From Octopus sinensis (Eukaryota), in NCBI RefSeq assembly GCF_006345805.1, contig NC_043001.1, positions 112,034,001-112,098,000 on the forward strand: a stretch of DNA of 64,000 bases, in the 5' to 3' direction. The position numbers and the translations under genes were made by a program. Below the pieces are notes generated by a model. That model did no database searches. It was not told where the DNA came from and saw only the letters and a program-made list of their open reading frames with translations. Below, in pieces: positions 50,934 through 64,000 of the stretch. How positions within the stretch are numbered: the stretch's first letter is position 1; each line of letters opens with the position of its first letter.

Positions 50934-51696
50934 AAATATAACATGGATACGAGGTTCACACTCGGTAGATAGGAAAAGGTTTGAAAAGTTTTTTTAAAGT
51001 TCCTACAGCACTCTCTTTCTGAAAGAAAGTATGGAGAGTATGGAGAAGGAGAGAAATATGGAGAAAGGTTAGACGCACACATACACGCGCGGGCGCAGAG
51101 AGAAAGAAAGAGAGACACACACACATACGTGCTCAGAAACACACTCACACACAATATAAGTAAATGTAGAGACAATCAAGTTAGACAGACCCTTATATAA
51201 AGTATATTACTGCATGAAATACGAAAAATGTATATATGAATACACAAATGTATATATGAATATGAATATATATGGGAATGTATATGCGAAAAATGTGTAT
51301 ATGAATACAAAAAATGTTCGATTAATACAATAAAAATGATATGGAGAATTAAAGGGATTGAGAAAAATTATTACAAATCCAACATCAGCTTCTGGGTGTT
51401 CGGTACTCCATAATATTGCTTGTAGATTGATTCCATCATAAGATGAAACGAATCTCCGTTTTCAGGAAAGAGAAGATCTTACATTTGAGATGTTAAAACA
51501 AAGAATTTCAAAAATGGACTGATTGAATGTGGGTAGGTATTTATAAGAGGAATAGTGAAAGGAGAATAGATACTTTAAGAGATAGGGGTTAATAAAAAGT
51601 TAGTAGGGAGTAGAAGTAGTAGTAGTAGTAATGGTGGTGTTGGTGGTGGTATTATTATTATTATTATTATATTATTATTATTATTATTATTATTAT

Positions 51697-51729
<33 letters not shown>

Positions 51730-51754
51730 AGGTGGAAGGTAGGAATATCCATAC

Positions 51755-52328
51755 TCAAAATTAACCTTGAACCAAAAGACCTAGCAAACCTACTACCTCA
51801 ATAAATACTACCCTACTTATTAAACTATTCTTTCCCATACTTACCTTACCAAATTCTTCTAAACCACTACCTCCCAACTCCCTCATGGCCTCCTCGCCCT
51901 ATTTATTGGACTCTTTCTAATTCTCTTCCTTACCAAAAGTACTTGATAGTACCTCATTCCTTCAGATATTAACTTGTCAACCTCTATCCCCTTCCCATTT
52001 CACTTCCTTTTTTTTGTATTTCATACACCTCTGCATACCATTGTAATCCCCCCACTAGTACCAATCCAAATTTATTATCCCTCTAGCCACCATCACATCG
52101 ACTACCAACTGACTCCCCACTCTATCCACCCCTATCTTCTCTCATACTTCTCTATGTACCTTAGTGATCTCCCTCAGCCACCTTACGTCCATCAAATGGT
52201 GGCCATTCTCTTTTTTCACTGTCTCAACCATTAATGTTACGGTTTCCATACAAACCTAACACAATAGCCTTGGGCCGACCAAAGCCTTGTGAATGGATTT
52301 GGTAGACGGAAACTGAAAGAAGCCTGTC

Positions 52329-52397
<69 letters not shown>

Positions 52398-52980
52398 TGC
52401 ATGTGTGTGTGAGTGTGTATGTTTGTGTATCTGTGTTTGTCTCCCCCCCAACATCGCTTGACAACCGTTGCTGGTGTGTTTACATTCCCGTAACTTAGCG
52501 GTTCGGCAAAAGAGAACGATAGAATAAGTACTATGCTTACTAAGTATAAGTCCTGGGGTAGATTTGCTCGAGTAAAAGAGTAAAAGAGTAATAGACTACC
52601 ATTAACATACCACCTACTCCATCCGTCCCTCATCCTCCTACTTTCTACCTCTGCTATTATTACTGCTCCTTACTAACTCCTTTATTAACTCCTCACTCTT
52701 GAACTATCCATTCTCCTCTCACTGTTCCCTATTTGAATACCTCCCCAATTTACCTCACCCCAATACCTTTTGTTCTCCACATTCAATAATTCTATCTTTG
52801 AGATTCTTTCCTTTAACATCTCAAATGTAAGTTCTCTTCCTTGAAGGTGGGGGAATCGTCTCACCTTACGATAGAATCAATCTATAAACAGAAACAGCTG
52901 TTGATTTTGAAATACTTTTCTTCAATCCATTCATTTCTCCATATCATTTGTACTCTGAGTTAGTTGGATCTTTTTATACA
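51755..52980 (-). mobile_element. Old purine-skewed LINE-like relic (possibly L1/Tx1 C-terminus), interrupted by SINE A; homologous inverted piece at ~51300-51620
   Basis: Strong strand skew and decayed coding-like frames. The shared block tagattgatt...cttacatttgagatgttaaa...ttgaatgtgg is seen in opposite orientations. Confidence 0.35.
52264..52591 (+). mobile_element. SINE family A, head-less copy
   Basis: Core, central microsatellite and a shortened tail. Confidence 0.85.
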
Positions 52981-53228
52981 TTTACTCTTTTACTCATTTA
53001 CACTTTTACATGTTTCAGTCATTTGAATGCGGCCATGCTGGAGCACCGTCTTTTAGTCGAGCAAATCGACCCCAGGACTTATTCTTTGTAAGCCTAGTAC
53101 TTATTCTATCGGTCTCTTTTGCCGAACCGCAAGGTTACGAGGACGTAAACACGCCAGCATCGGTTGTGAAGCGATGCTGATGGAAAAACACAGACACACA
53201 AACACACACACACACGCGCGCGCGCGCG

Positions 53229-53266
<38 letters not shown>

Positions 53267-53427
53267 CGACGGACTTCTTTCAGTTTCCGTCTACCAAATC
53301 CACTCACAAGGCTTTGGTCGGCCCGAGGCTATAGTAGAAGACACTTGACTAAGGTCTCACGCAGTGAACTTATCCGGAACCATGTGTTTGGTAAGCAAGC
53401 TACTTACCACACAGCTACTACTGCGCC
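52981..53427 (-). mobile_element. SINE family A, full length
   Basis: All diagnostic blocks present. Confidence 0.9.
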
Positions 53428-53474
53428 TATACATATATACAATTATACATATATACATTTATACATATATACAT

Positions 53475-53695
53475 ATTGTTTGTATTTCATTCGAACGATA
53501 TGGAAAATATTCCGCCAGTATTGCCCAAACGACCTGAAAATTAGCTTCAAGATTCATCCAAGACTGGGAATACGGGCTAAGCGTCTCCTGCCCAATTCAG
53601 GGGAAACAAATTCTTTTCCTCAACAGGCCCTGCCCTGTTTAACATTGTCCCAGAACTGATCAAAGAGGAAAAGTATCCAGTCTCCTTTAAACAAG
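53475..53695 (+). mobile_element. C-terminal fragment of a second CR1/L2-group LINE
   Basis: IWKIFRQYCPNDLKISFKIHPRLGIRAKR, then frameshifted NSFSSTGPALFNIVPELIKEE..PVSFK, which parallels the C-terminus of the 1-4 kb LINE. Confidence 0.55.
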
Positions 53696-54714
53696 TTACG
53701 TGTAATACAATATATTGGGACAAGGTGGTAATGGTAAAAACTATGAGAAAAACTGGAAAACCGAGCAGAAAAACAGAAAAATGCAATTTTAGACGTTGCA
53801 TTACTAAATGCATATTTTACGGCGTGGATAATGTTTTTGAGGTAGATTTGTCACCAACATATCGGAAATCTAAAATTATTTACGCTAGAAAAATCAAGCT
53901 ACATCTATAAATTGAATTTTTTTACAAGTACATATTTATGTTTCCCTAAATTTGTAGTGGATTATGTTATCGTTGGAAGCTATCAACCAAACTTTCTTGA
54001 AGAGTGGCCTCATTAATGCTTTTGAAGACTTGGAAATGGAATGATGTGATAGCGGCATCGAAGAAGAATTTGAAAGCTTTGGATATAGCAAAAGAGAATT
54101 CACAAGGTTTCCAAGATGTTGACAGCGAAAGTGAAATCCAAATCTTCTAAAATTGCCGAGCTTTCATTTAGTATTTTCATAGAGTTGTACCTCAAGTTAT
54201 TTTCATGAAATATGCGTTTTGTTTTGCTTTCTGTAAGTTATTTTTTGCTATTAAAGTTATTTCTATTTATTCTAAACAGCCAGTATTTTCCATGGATGTA
54301 AATTACATCAAATACATGAAGGCAAAATTTTCATCTTCCAAAATTAATGTGCGTATTATCCTGTTGTATGCTAACAAATAAGATTGTATTTCTAAAAATA
54401 TTATGAAAAGCGTCTATATGAACCTCAATCCCGTGAAAAGACAAGTAGAAATAATTAACATTTCGATTCTATTTTCTTTTCTTGATAATTCCCTCTAATT
54501 ATTTGCATGTTTTACTTAACTTTTAAGATTTTCCCTTGTGATCTGCAAAGTATTTTACGCCTACCTGCTCTTGGTTGTATAACATTTTTGTCGCATGCCT
54601 CTTAAAAAATGTAAATGATGTATGTTTGAATATGGCAAATGCATTTACCTTCAAGAATCACTAAATAAATTAATTTTTGTTATATATTACTATTATTATT
54701 AATATCGATATTGC

Positions 54715-54922
54715 AGCTGCTTAGCAGGTTCGTTAGCACATCGGGCGAAGTGCCCAGAGATTTTCTTCCGGCTTAATAATTCTGGGGGCGAAATTCCTTT
54801 TGATCCTTTCGGGGTCGATAAAATGAATATCAGCCAACATCGGGCGTTGGATTGCGATGCAATCATATAACCCTCACCCACCAAAATTTCAGTTCTTATG
54901 TCGATAGTAGAACGGATTATTA
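54715..54922 (+). mobile_element. SINE family B, old diverged copy
   Basis: cgttagcac..gggcgaa...gatcctttcggggtcgataaaatg...caaaatttcag...tagtagaacggattatt. Confidence 0.6.
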
Positions 54923-55782
54923 TTACTATTGTAGTTATTAAAATTTGATTTTTTTCGCTTTTAGACGTGTTTTTGCAATCTTGGATTCTAATTTGATTCC
55001 AACATTCACAAATTAAGATTGAAAATTTTATTTACCTGGAGTGATCTACAGGAGATGCTACGCGTGTGACGTAAAATTTGTGCGTTGCAGATTTCATATT
55101 TTATTAGCCTTAATTTTATAATTTCCGTCAAAATGCTTACTAGATATGCCCCTACAAAAATAGAAAATAATTCAACAGTATGTAAAATGAGTGGAAAATA
55201 TTGGATATTTAAATGACTATCTAATTGAATAATAAATTGTTTCTAACGATGTAAGAACGACAACGGCACAAATGCACAATCGAATATGTTTGATAATGCA
55301 GATAGCAGCAGCGTTCAGACAGTTAGTTATGCTAATGTTATTACACAGAATATTAAAACTTGAGAAAATTCCTAGCAAACAAGAAAGCTTAAACCGGAGA
55401 GCTGCTTAAAAGCAGACATTAATTCATTGCGTTAGTACCTAATCCAAGAAAATCAAAAGAGGAATAACGTATTTATGTTTTAAGAAGCAGAGGAACCATG
55501 GTGTAACCCACTATGGTGTGGTAAACTTTCAGACCCTACTCTAGATTGCGAATCCTCTGTACCCCAGGATGGTTTAGCTCACCACCCGTTAAAAGCTACC
55601 GTTTACGGAATGAGGATAACAACGGAGCTTTTGCACCCGTGCAACCGCCAGCCTATCGAGTGTGGTGGGTGGGTCTTGAAGTTGCCGCACGCATTCTTAG
55701 TAGTTTAGAGTAGGCTAGAATTAGAGATTATTCTTTGTGGCTAATGGCGTGAGTCCTGATTGGAAGAAGAAGAAGAAGAAGA

Positions 55783-56150
55783 AGAAGAAGAAGAAGATGA
55801 TAGAGATGAAGAAGTAGAAGAAGAAGAAGAAGAAGATGATGAAGGAGATGAAGATGAAGGAGATGAAGATGAAGAAGAAGAAGAAGAAGAAGAAAAAGAA
55901 GAAGAAGGTGTAGAAGAAGAAGAAGAAGAAGAAGAAGAAGAAGAAGAAGAAGAAGAAGAAGAAGAAGAAGAAGAAGATGATGAAGGAGATGAAGATGAAG
56001 GAGATGAAGAAGAAGGAGATGAAGATGAAGGAGATGAAGATGAAGATGAAGAAGAAGAAGAAAAAGAAGAAGAAGGTGTAGAAGAAAAGAAGAAGGAGTA
56101 GAAGAAGAAGAAGAAGAAGATGAAGAAGAAGAAGATGAAGACAACTGATT
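55783..56150. repeat. (GAA/GAT)n trinucleotide array with a higher-order duplicated block
   Basis: The block gatgatgaaggagatgaagatgaaggagatgaa...gaaaaagaagaagaaggtgtagaagaa occurs twice (about 55836-55915 and 55977-56085). Confidence 0.9.
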
Positions 56151-56783
56151 GAACATTGTATTGGTCTGTATCTAGTTTGTGTTCTTGTTTCCTTGGTCGC
56201 ATCGGATCCATAAAATTTATCAATTTCGCGTGTCTGGGAATCGGTATTTTGAAGTAATTAGCTTCCACATTAAACGACTGCAAGACGTTCTAGGATACAG
56301 TATCATAATACAACTTACGTATATATTAGATACTGACAGTTGGTGGTTTTCGAATGACAGGCACCATATTAACCTGAGTAGTGGTCTGTAGGAAGTTAAA
56401 CACGTGAAAACTAAACACAGCTGTAGTAAAGTCTATAGGTATTTACGTCACAAAAGCTATCTACACTCTCGATGAATTAAGCAAGCGCTGAATGCTATTA
56501 ATAAAATTATACACAGAAACCTTTTAAGACTGGAGAGGATACAATTAGTTTGACAGTGAGGGGTGGGAATTAAACGGAATCTATCAACCGCTCAGATAAA
56601 CCAACTGTCTCTCTAATAATCTACCAAAGTATCTAACTTTCTTTGGTTTTAAATGTGTTTCCGTACGCGTTTTATCCGTTTATTAAAATATATTTTACCT
56701 GCTTGTATATTGGCAATAATTAGCAAGTTCATTAATTATGCCTTCTCTCTCTCACTTCCTCTCCCTCCCTCTATCTATCTATT

Positions 56784-56909
<126 letters not shown>

Positions 56910-57054
56910 CATATATATACATATATATATGTATATATACATATCTATTCTATATATATATATGTGTTTGTGTTTCTATATATATATATATATATATATA
57001 TGATATATATGGATATACACAAGCGCACTTAGCAAACATGTGCACACACATATT

Positions 57055-57099
<45 letters not shown>

Positions 57100-57407
57100 G
57101 TGTCTTTTGTGGAAGTGGTGCTAAATGTAATTATATTACCTATACCATAATGTTTACAAAAATGGAAATATTGAATTATGATTCGTTAGGCTGTTATGTG
57201 CAAATACTACTTTCCTAATTGCCTGTGTAATTAAAATTTCACAAGAACTACATGTAATTTTCTACAGGAATTTCAGTAAAATTACTGAATCATTGCAATG
57301 CCCGATACATGGTTAGTTAATTAAACACCCATACTCGCACATGTATGTATGTATGTATGTATGTATGTATGTATGTATGTATGTATGTATGTAGTATGTA
57401 TGTATGT

Positions 57408-57442
<35 letters not shown>

Positions 57443-59078
57443 CATGTCCTGTTTTCCACTTTTCCTCTCGTTCTTTATGTACTTAACTCGTTTGTTTACG
57501 TATTTGATGTTGTTTGCACAGTTGGTGACGTCCTGTATATGTATATATATATATAATATATATATATATATTTAAATTTATCAAAGGACATACTAAAATT
57601 GTTATCCATCAGCTATTTAATGGTTTTCTTGGGCCTGCAATCTCCTATATTATTGATAATTATTAATTTTTTAATTATTACACTAGATAATAACAGAATC
57701 AATGGTATCTTCGCAAATTATTTTCCTCATGAACTATTTGCTCCGTATATATATATATATATATATATCATTTATTATTATTACTTAGTTTAACGCCACG
57801 CATCCATTTCCAAATACGTTTATCTTCACTATTTTGATGCGCCTCAACTCTATACTTTTGTCTTCCTTCATCATTCTCTAATTCCTTTTTCTCCCTTCCT
57901 CTTTCACCGATTTCTATCTCTCTCTCTCTCTCCACCACTTTCACTTTTTCTCTCTCTTGTTTCTCACACGTGACCATCGTCCATCTTTCTTTTCATGACG
58001 TGACATTCTTTCTTTTGCTGCAAGGACTTTCAAAAGATTGGAATTTTTTCTCTCTCCCAGCGTTCACTATTTTACTAAAATTTTAATCCTTCAGCTTTAT
58101 ATATATGCTATATAAGAATGCTATATATATAATGTGCTATATAAGAATGCCATATATATTGTCCAAGGTTGATACTTAGAAGACAACAACTGAAGGTGGG
58201 ATGCTTTGCCACTCATATAGCGCAGTTGGATTTTTGTCGACAGAAACCAGTGTCACAACCTAACTGTCTGATATGTTAATATTATATTATAATGAATATC
58301 AACTTTGATCTGCAGGTATGGTTTTTTAACAATATTTAAGTCCTCTATGATTTTCAGTTTGACAGCTGGTGATATATTTGAATTACGTATGCAAAGAAAT
58401 TTACAGTGGAAAGAAATTTGTGTTTGCGTTGCAGAAATATAAAAAAAATTCAGAAAATGCGTGTGGCATTTTTAACGACATTTTAATTAGAAAAAGTCCA
58501 CTATTATTAAACTAATATCAAAATCGCTAAAATTTTGTAAAAATGTTACTCAAAAGTCAATATATTCCTGCATATACTGAGATGCGTTTTGTGCTGTTTA
58601 TTTCTATAACATTTTAAAATTCCTGCCAATTAACTATGCCATCAGTGAGTTATTTAAATCTTAAATACTTTAAAGAAACACTTTAAATTCCGAGTTGCCT
58701 TTTACGAGAAATTTCCAACTTCGCAATAAAATTATAATTTTATTTAACGATATAAGGAAACCGTTTAGCGCTTGCGATATGAATAAAACATAACTATCAA
58801 CTTGAAAAGAATTAATAAGTTACTTGTAATGCGACTGTCTCATTTTATAGTCAGATAATTTTCTTTAATTATTCAATTCTTTTATAGCATATACAATTCA
58901 TATAATATAGGAAATATCATCATGATTTTGTAACCGTAAAACGCCCCCGTTTGATGAAGTTTATAAACAAAATTCACACCCTCTTCTATAATCTGTGCTT
59001 AGGAGAATGTATCTCCAGTTAGAGAATTTTGTAACAAAGACATATTGTAAGTAAATGAGCATGTATTACAGACTCACA

Positions 59079-59123
<45 letters not shown>

Positions 59124-59740
59124 ACAAACACATTCTCGCTCTCTTTATCTCTCTCTGACACATACATGCACGCACATACACACTCACATTGTTAAGATTC
59201 TCTCGAAAATATCGTATTTCTCTCGGAGAAATAGTTTTTTTTTATCAACGTCTGTATGTGTTTTGGGATGTTTGGTGTTCATGTACATCAGTATTTGTTG
59301 GTGCGATGTAGTATGCATGTGAAATATTCGTGTGCTTATGTCTGTGATTCATTCTTTATATTGGTACTTTGGCCTGTGGCTCAGAAAAAAAAAAACTTTT
59401 TTGATTCAAAATGTAAATTCGCAAAGACCTAAAAAAAAACAACAAAAAAAAACACTGATTTATTGTTTGGATGCTTCTCTTTAAAGTAGAATGAAAGTCT
59501 TTACTACATAGGCATTTTGTAATAATTAAAGTTCATTTAAGAGGGAATGTCATATACGTTTCTGAATCTGCTTTTTTGTGTCCTGTGGCTCCTATAAGTA
59601 ATACTGAAGAATGCTTTAATTTTTTAAGATTATTGTAGTTTTACAGAAACTTTCGTAGGAACAACTCCACCATCCATCAAGTTGTCTAATCATCGTTCAG
59701 ACTTCAATAAAGTATTTTTGTAGGTCACGTGTGTACTAAA

Positions 59741-60504
59741 TTAGTAAGTACTGCTCTTGGTTTTACTTCATATTTAGCAAACAAACTATGCAAATGTGTC
59801 ATTAGATTCTCATATTCTCTTCTACTCTAAGCACAACGGCCCGAACATTTTTGGGGGAATGGGCCGGTCTATTAGATCGACCCCAATACGCAACTGGTAC
59901 TTAATTTATCGACCCTGAAAGGATGAAAGGCAAGGTCGACCTAGTCGGAATTTGAATTCAACGTGAAAATAGACGAAATACCTATTTCTTTACTGCTCAC
60001 AAGGGGCTACACACAGAGGGGACAAACAAGGACAGACAAAGGGATTAAGTCGTTATATCGACCCCAGTGCGTAACTGGTACTTATTTAATCGACCCCGAA
60101 AGGATGAAATGCAAAGTTGATCTCGGTGGAATTTGAACTCAAAACGTAAAGGACGGGTGAAATACCTATTTCTTTACTACCCACAAGGTGCTAAACGCAG
60201 AGGGGACGAAGAAGGACAGACAAACGTATTAAGTCGATTATATCGACCCCAGTGTGTAACTGGCATTTCGCCTGCTAACGTTTCTGCCAGCTCGCCGCCA
60301 TATTAGATTCTCATGTTAGTTTAGTTCGTAAGAGGTTTTGGACAAAGCTCTTTGTAGATTTATCTAAATTTGCTTCCATAAAATTGAATCGATGCCGGTA
60401 AAAGAACCAATATTGGAATGGTAATTGGATCTGTACTATCGCAACGAGAGCCGTATTAAATTTCGAGATTTGGATCCAAAGTAACAGCTTAAGATAATGT
60501 TGGC
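59741..60504 (+). repeat. Direct segmental duplication, copy 1 (includes SINE B at 59814-60301, minus)
   Basis: Unique flanks on both sides of the SINE match 61370-62035. TSD attagattctcat at 59801-13 and 60302-14. Confidence 0.88.
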
Positions 60505-61369
60505 TTTAGTAGTACACACAAAACTGGTGTTGCTGTATCCATGTTTTCAGCGGTTACTGTGAAATGAGTTTGCCTGTTTAGCATTATGGATCAAACCGAG
60601 ATGATTAATTTCTACTCAAGTATCGACTCCTTTATCTGTGTTAGCAGCTTCAATATTATGATTATTGACGACGTTTCGATGAGCTTACACAGAAAAAAAG
60701 ATAGAAAGGTTTCCTAAGAATTTTGTAAATTGATATCATCATAAACCACTCCAATCCTGTTCGTAACACTTGAAACTTCTACTTGCATGGATTGATACAG
60801 TGGAGTGTTTTTCTTTCACTAATAGCGCAATGGTGTGTTTCTTTCGTTGTCGTTCAGTTGACACACGGATCCTTAATTTTATGTGCATGGCTTTCTAGCC
60901 TCTATGTGTTCCTTATTAAAGAAAGACACTTTGTCTTTGTTTGCAAGTTCATTGTTTTATGTTTTCTCCTACTGAAGAGTGTCCGTCAAGGTTCATTAAT
61001 AAAATAGGAATGGCATTTATTATTTGGGAACATAAGATTGTTGCTTGACATTAGAAAAATACTTGGAAGCATTTTTCTGAAGAATCGCAGGAAAAATTTA
61101 TTATGATATGTGTTAACAATACATTCAAAAAGTTAAATAACGAATAAGAAATTTGTAATAAGACTTAAATACATATTCCTTCTATTTATCAAAATTGTTT
61201 GCAAATAATCAGTAGAAGATATCAGAATACTAAGTTATAAACAATACCTATGCTCCATTAAATCGTTCACCCTGTAACACCCATCTAATACCTCAAATAT
61301 AAAATTTAAATAATTTTAACCATACAGTTCTATAATGTGCGTTATTTAATTATTTACATTTGACAGATA

Positions 61370-62035
61370 TTAGTAAGTACTGCTCTTGGATTTACTTCAT
61401 ATATAGCAAACAAACTATGCAAATGTGTCATTAGATTCTCATTCTTTTCTACTCTCGGCACAAGGGCCCAAAATTTTGGGGAAGGAGGATAGTCGATTAG
61501 GTCGATCCCAATAGGCAACTGGTCCTTAATTTATCGACCCTGAAAGCATGAAATGCAAAGTCAACCACGGCGGAATTTGAACTCAGAACGTAAAAATAAA
61601 TGAAATACCTATTTCTTTACTACCCACAAGAGGCTAAACAAAGACAAGACAAACAAGGACAGATTAGGTCGATTATATCGACCCCAGTGCGTAACTGGTA
61701 CTTATTTAATCGACCCTGAAAGGATGAAAGGCAAAGTCGACCTCGACGGAATTTGAACTCAACGTGAAAATAGACGAAATATCGCTAAGCATTTCGCCCG
61801 GCGTGCTACCGTTTCTGCCAGCTCGCCGCCATATTAGATTCTTATATTAGTTTAGTTCGTAAGAGGTTTTGGACGAAGCTCTTTGTAGATTTATCTAAAT
61901 TTGCTTCCATAAAATTGAATCGATGTCGGTAAAAAAACCAATATTGGAATGGTAATTGGATCTATACTACCGCGACTAGAGCCGTATTAAATTTCGAGAT
62001 TTGGATCCAAAGTAACAGCATAAGATACTGTTAGC
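61370..62035 (+). repeat. Direct segmental duplication, copy 2 (includes SINE B at 61443-61832, minus)
   Basis: Same flanks; TSD at 61430-42 and 61833-45 (1 mismatch). Confidence 0.88.
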
Positions 62036-62119
62036 ATTAATAGTTTTCTGCCCCAGGTGTACGGAAAACACTTGGCGAGAAATGGAAGAAAATTTGAAGA
62101 AAGAAGGAAAAAAAATAAA

Positions 62120-62290
62120 ACAATAATAGTAATAGTAACATCGAAAATTACCTCAGGAATGAGAAGCCAGGTTCGAAATTTCTCCAGGACACTTGATGAA
62201 GGCTGGAAGGTATATCTGCCGAAACGTTGTGTTAACAACTAACAAGATGAGGACAAATATCTGTCAAATGTAAATAATCTAAATACTTTT
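62120..62290 (+). mobile_element. HHR family F body (hammerhead 62188-62233)
   Basis: GACAC UUGAUGA A GGCUG gaaggtatat CUGCC GAAACGUU GUGUU, preceded by degenerate (AAT)n-acatcgaaaa. Confidence 0.8.
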
Positions 62291-62318
62291 AACCATTCTA
62301 CATATAACAGTTTCGATT

Positions 62319-62709
62319 GGGGGGGGGGAGCACTCCGTCGGTTACGACGACGAGGGTTCCGGTTGATCCGATCAACGGAACAGCCTGCTCGTGAAATTAA
62401 CGTGTAAGTGGCTGAGCACTCCACAGACACGTGTACCCTTAACGCAGTTCTCGGGGATATTCAGCGTGACACAGAGAGTGACAAGGCCGGCCCTTTGAAA
62501 TACAGGCATAACAGAAACAGGAAGTAAGAGTGAGAGAAAGTTGTGGTGAAAGAGTGCAGCAGGGATCACCACCATCCCTGCCGGAGCCTCGTGGATCTTT
62601 TAGGTGTTTTCGCTCAATAAACACTCACAACGCCCGGTCTGGGAATCGAAACCGCGATCCTACGACCGCGAGTCCGCTGCCCTAACCACTGGGCCATTGC
62701 GCCCCCCAC
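62319..62709 (-). mobile_element. SINE family C, full length with 13-bp TSD
   Basis: TSD aacagtttcgatt at 62306-18 and aacactttcgatt at 62710-22; near-identical to 7425-7809. Confidence 0.92.
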
Positions 62710-62934
62710 AACACTTTCGATTAAATATTCACTGGATAGCCGCGCAATTACCTGTTCGCTCACAATGGCATCTTCATTTAAAACGAAAACGATGGAAACC
62801 GTATATGAAGAACTTAACCACGCCACTCTTCTGTGTTTACTGGAATACACACGCGCATTAAAAATTCGGAGTCGCAATGAAATTTGAAACAAATTACTAA
62901 AATTTTCGAAACTTAACACTTCGATACACTTCTA

Positions 62935-63008
62935 TGTATTATGTGTGCATGTATAATTATACAGATATGTATAATATATATATATATATATATATAAGTA
63001 TATGTATA

Positions 63009-63056
<48 letters not shown>

Positions 63057-63058
63057 TG

Positions 63059-63098
<40 letters not shown>

Positions 63099-63235
63099 TA
63101 TATGTATATATATATATGTATGTATATATATATGTATATACATATATGTATATATATATATGTATGTGTGTATATACATACCGTATGCATATATGTACAC
63201 ACACATATATATATATTTACATACAAATATACAGG
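62935..63235. repeat. (TA)n-based compound microsatellite
   Basis: Directly visible. Confidence 0.9.
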
Positions 63236-63814
63236 CATATGCATGTATGTAACACATGCAATTAGTCTAAGTAGGCGTACACGTCTGCATATGTACTTAT
63301 ATATATATAAAAATAAATATACATATATATGTATATGGATGTATATATCTGTGTGTCTGTGAGCGTGCGTATGGGTGTTTGTGTGTGAATGTCTGCGTGT
63401 GTGCGTGTGTAAGAGAGTAAGGTATTGAATAATACAAGCTAACATAGGTACATGCGTAATATGGACGTACAAAGAAATGCTAAAAATTAATCGAAATGCA
63501 AAAAAGGTGACAGGTATGAATGACATCTGTAAAGAATCTCTCTCAATTATCGTATATTTTCTATAGTGTTGAACGGAAGTACATAATTTTTTCAGGAATT
63601 ATTATAAAGTTGAAAGTGGTAGAATCAAAATTAAACGGAAACTCTATGATTATCCAAGTGAATTTGCATTGAAAATCTTAGGTATTTCCATTGCGAATTT
63701 TAATTTTATAATTTAAAAGTACTTACTCGTGTAATCGTTGAAGTAGACAGTCTTGTCAAATACATCAAAACTATTTCCAATACATTTTATATTCAGTGTT
63801 ACTAAAGTAAATTG

Positions 63815-64000
63815 GAAGGAACCCTTCGTCAATTACGACGATGGGTATTCTAGCTGTGAAGTAAAATGGCTGTTTGTTGATGTATGACATAAGTGATTGG
63901 CTATTACGTTGACATTGGTAATCTTAATGAGGTTAATGGAATCCCCAGGCAAAATTCAATGTGACAGGGTGAGTAACAAAGACCGATCACGTGAAGAACA
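63815..64000 (-). mobile_element. Highly diverged relative of the SINE family C 3' half
   Basis: ttacgacgatgg..ttc.agctg and cttaatg...attcaatgtgacag..gagt.acaa resemble the family C minus-strand blocks. Confidence 0.4.

Noticed and set aside
53960-54350. Possible pogo-like transposase C-terminal relic (…SGIEEEFESF…)
   Set aside because: Too degraded, and no matching TIR pair was found.
55760-56101. 113-aa acidic ORF
   Set aside because: It is entirely a GAA/GAT repeat with a non-ATG start and no splice or coding context.
60665-60712. Minus-strand GAAACGUC preceded by CUGUGUA
   Set aside because: No credible stem II or stem I.

Overview
AT-rich, microsatellite-dense eukaryotic DNA with one 100-N gap (26195-26294). 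I could not support any host protein-coding exon, so the window looks intergenic or intronic. The repeat content suggests a coleoid cephalopod, probably Octopus; this is inferred from pattern recall, not a search. Almost everything recognisable is mobile DNA. Retroelements: a decayed APE-RT LINE of the CR1/L2 group (about 1.0-4.0 kb), an RTE/BovB-like fragment with a 5' inversion, and R4/Dong-like and HERO-like restriction-like-endonuclease (RLE) fragments. DNA transposons: three mariner relics, Tc1 relics and a pogo/Tigger-type MITE. There are also at least five tRNA-headed SINE families. The main result is about 14 minimal type-I hammerhead ribozyme (HHR) motifs from at least six short repeat families, roughly one per 5 kb, which the ORF track cannot show. 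Three or four have a complete catalytic core and paired helices, including one with a U3-A8 compensated core. Most sit in head-to-head inverted (fold-back) units beside (TA)n arrays, and one family appears joined to a tRNA-like Pol III head. Minimal dimer-cleaving HHRs are already known from Penelope-like elements, but no Penelope RT or GIY-YIG ORF is visible here. These therefore look like a diverse non-autonomous ribozyme-retroelement system. The LINE also shares a compensated 3' stem-loop with the most abundant SINE, suggesting a LINE/SINE partner pair.
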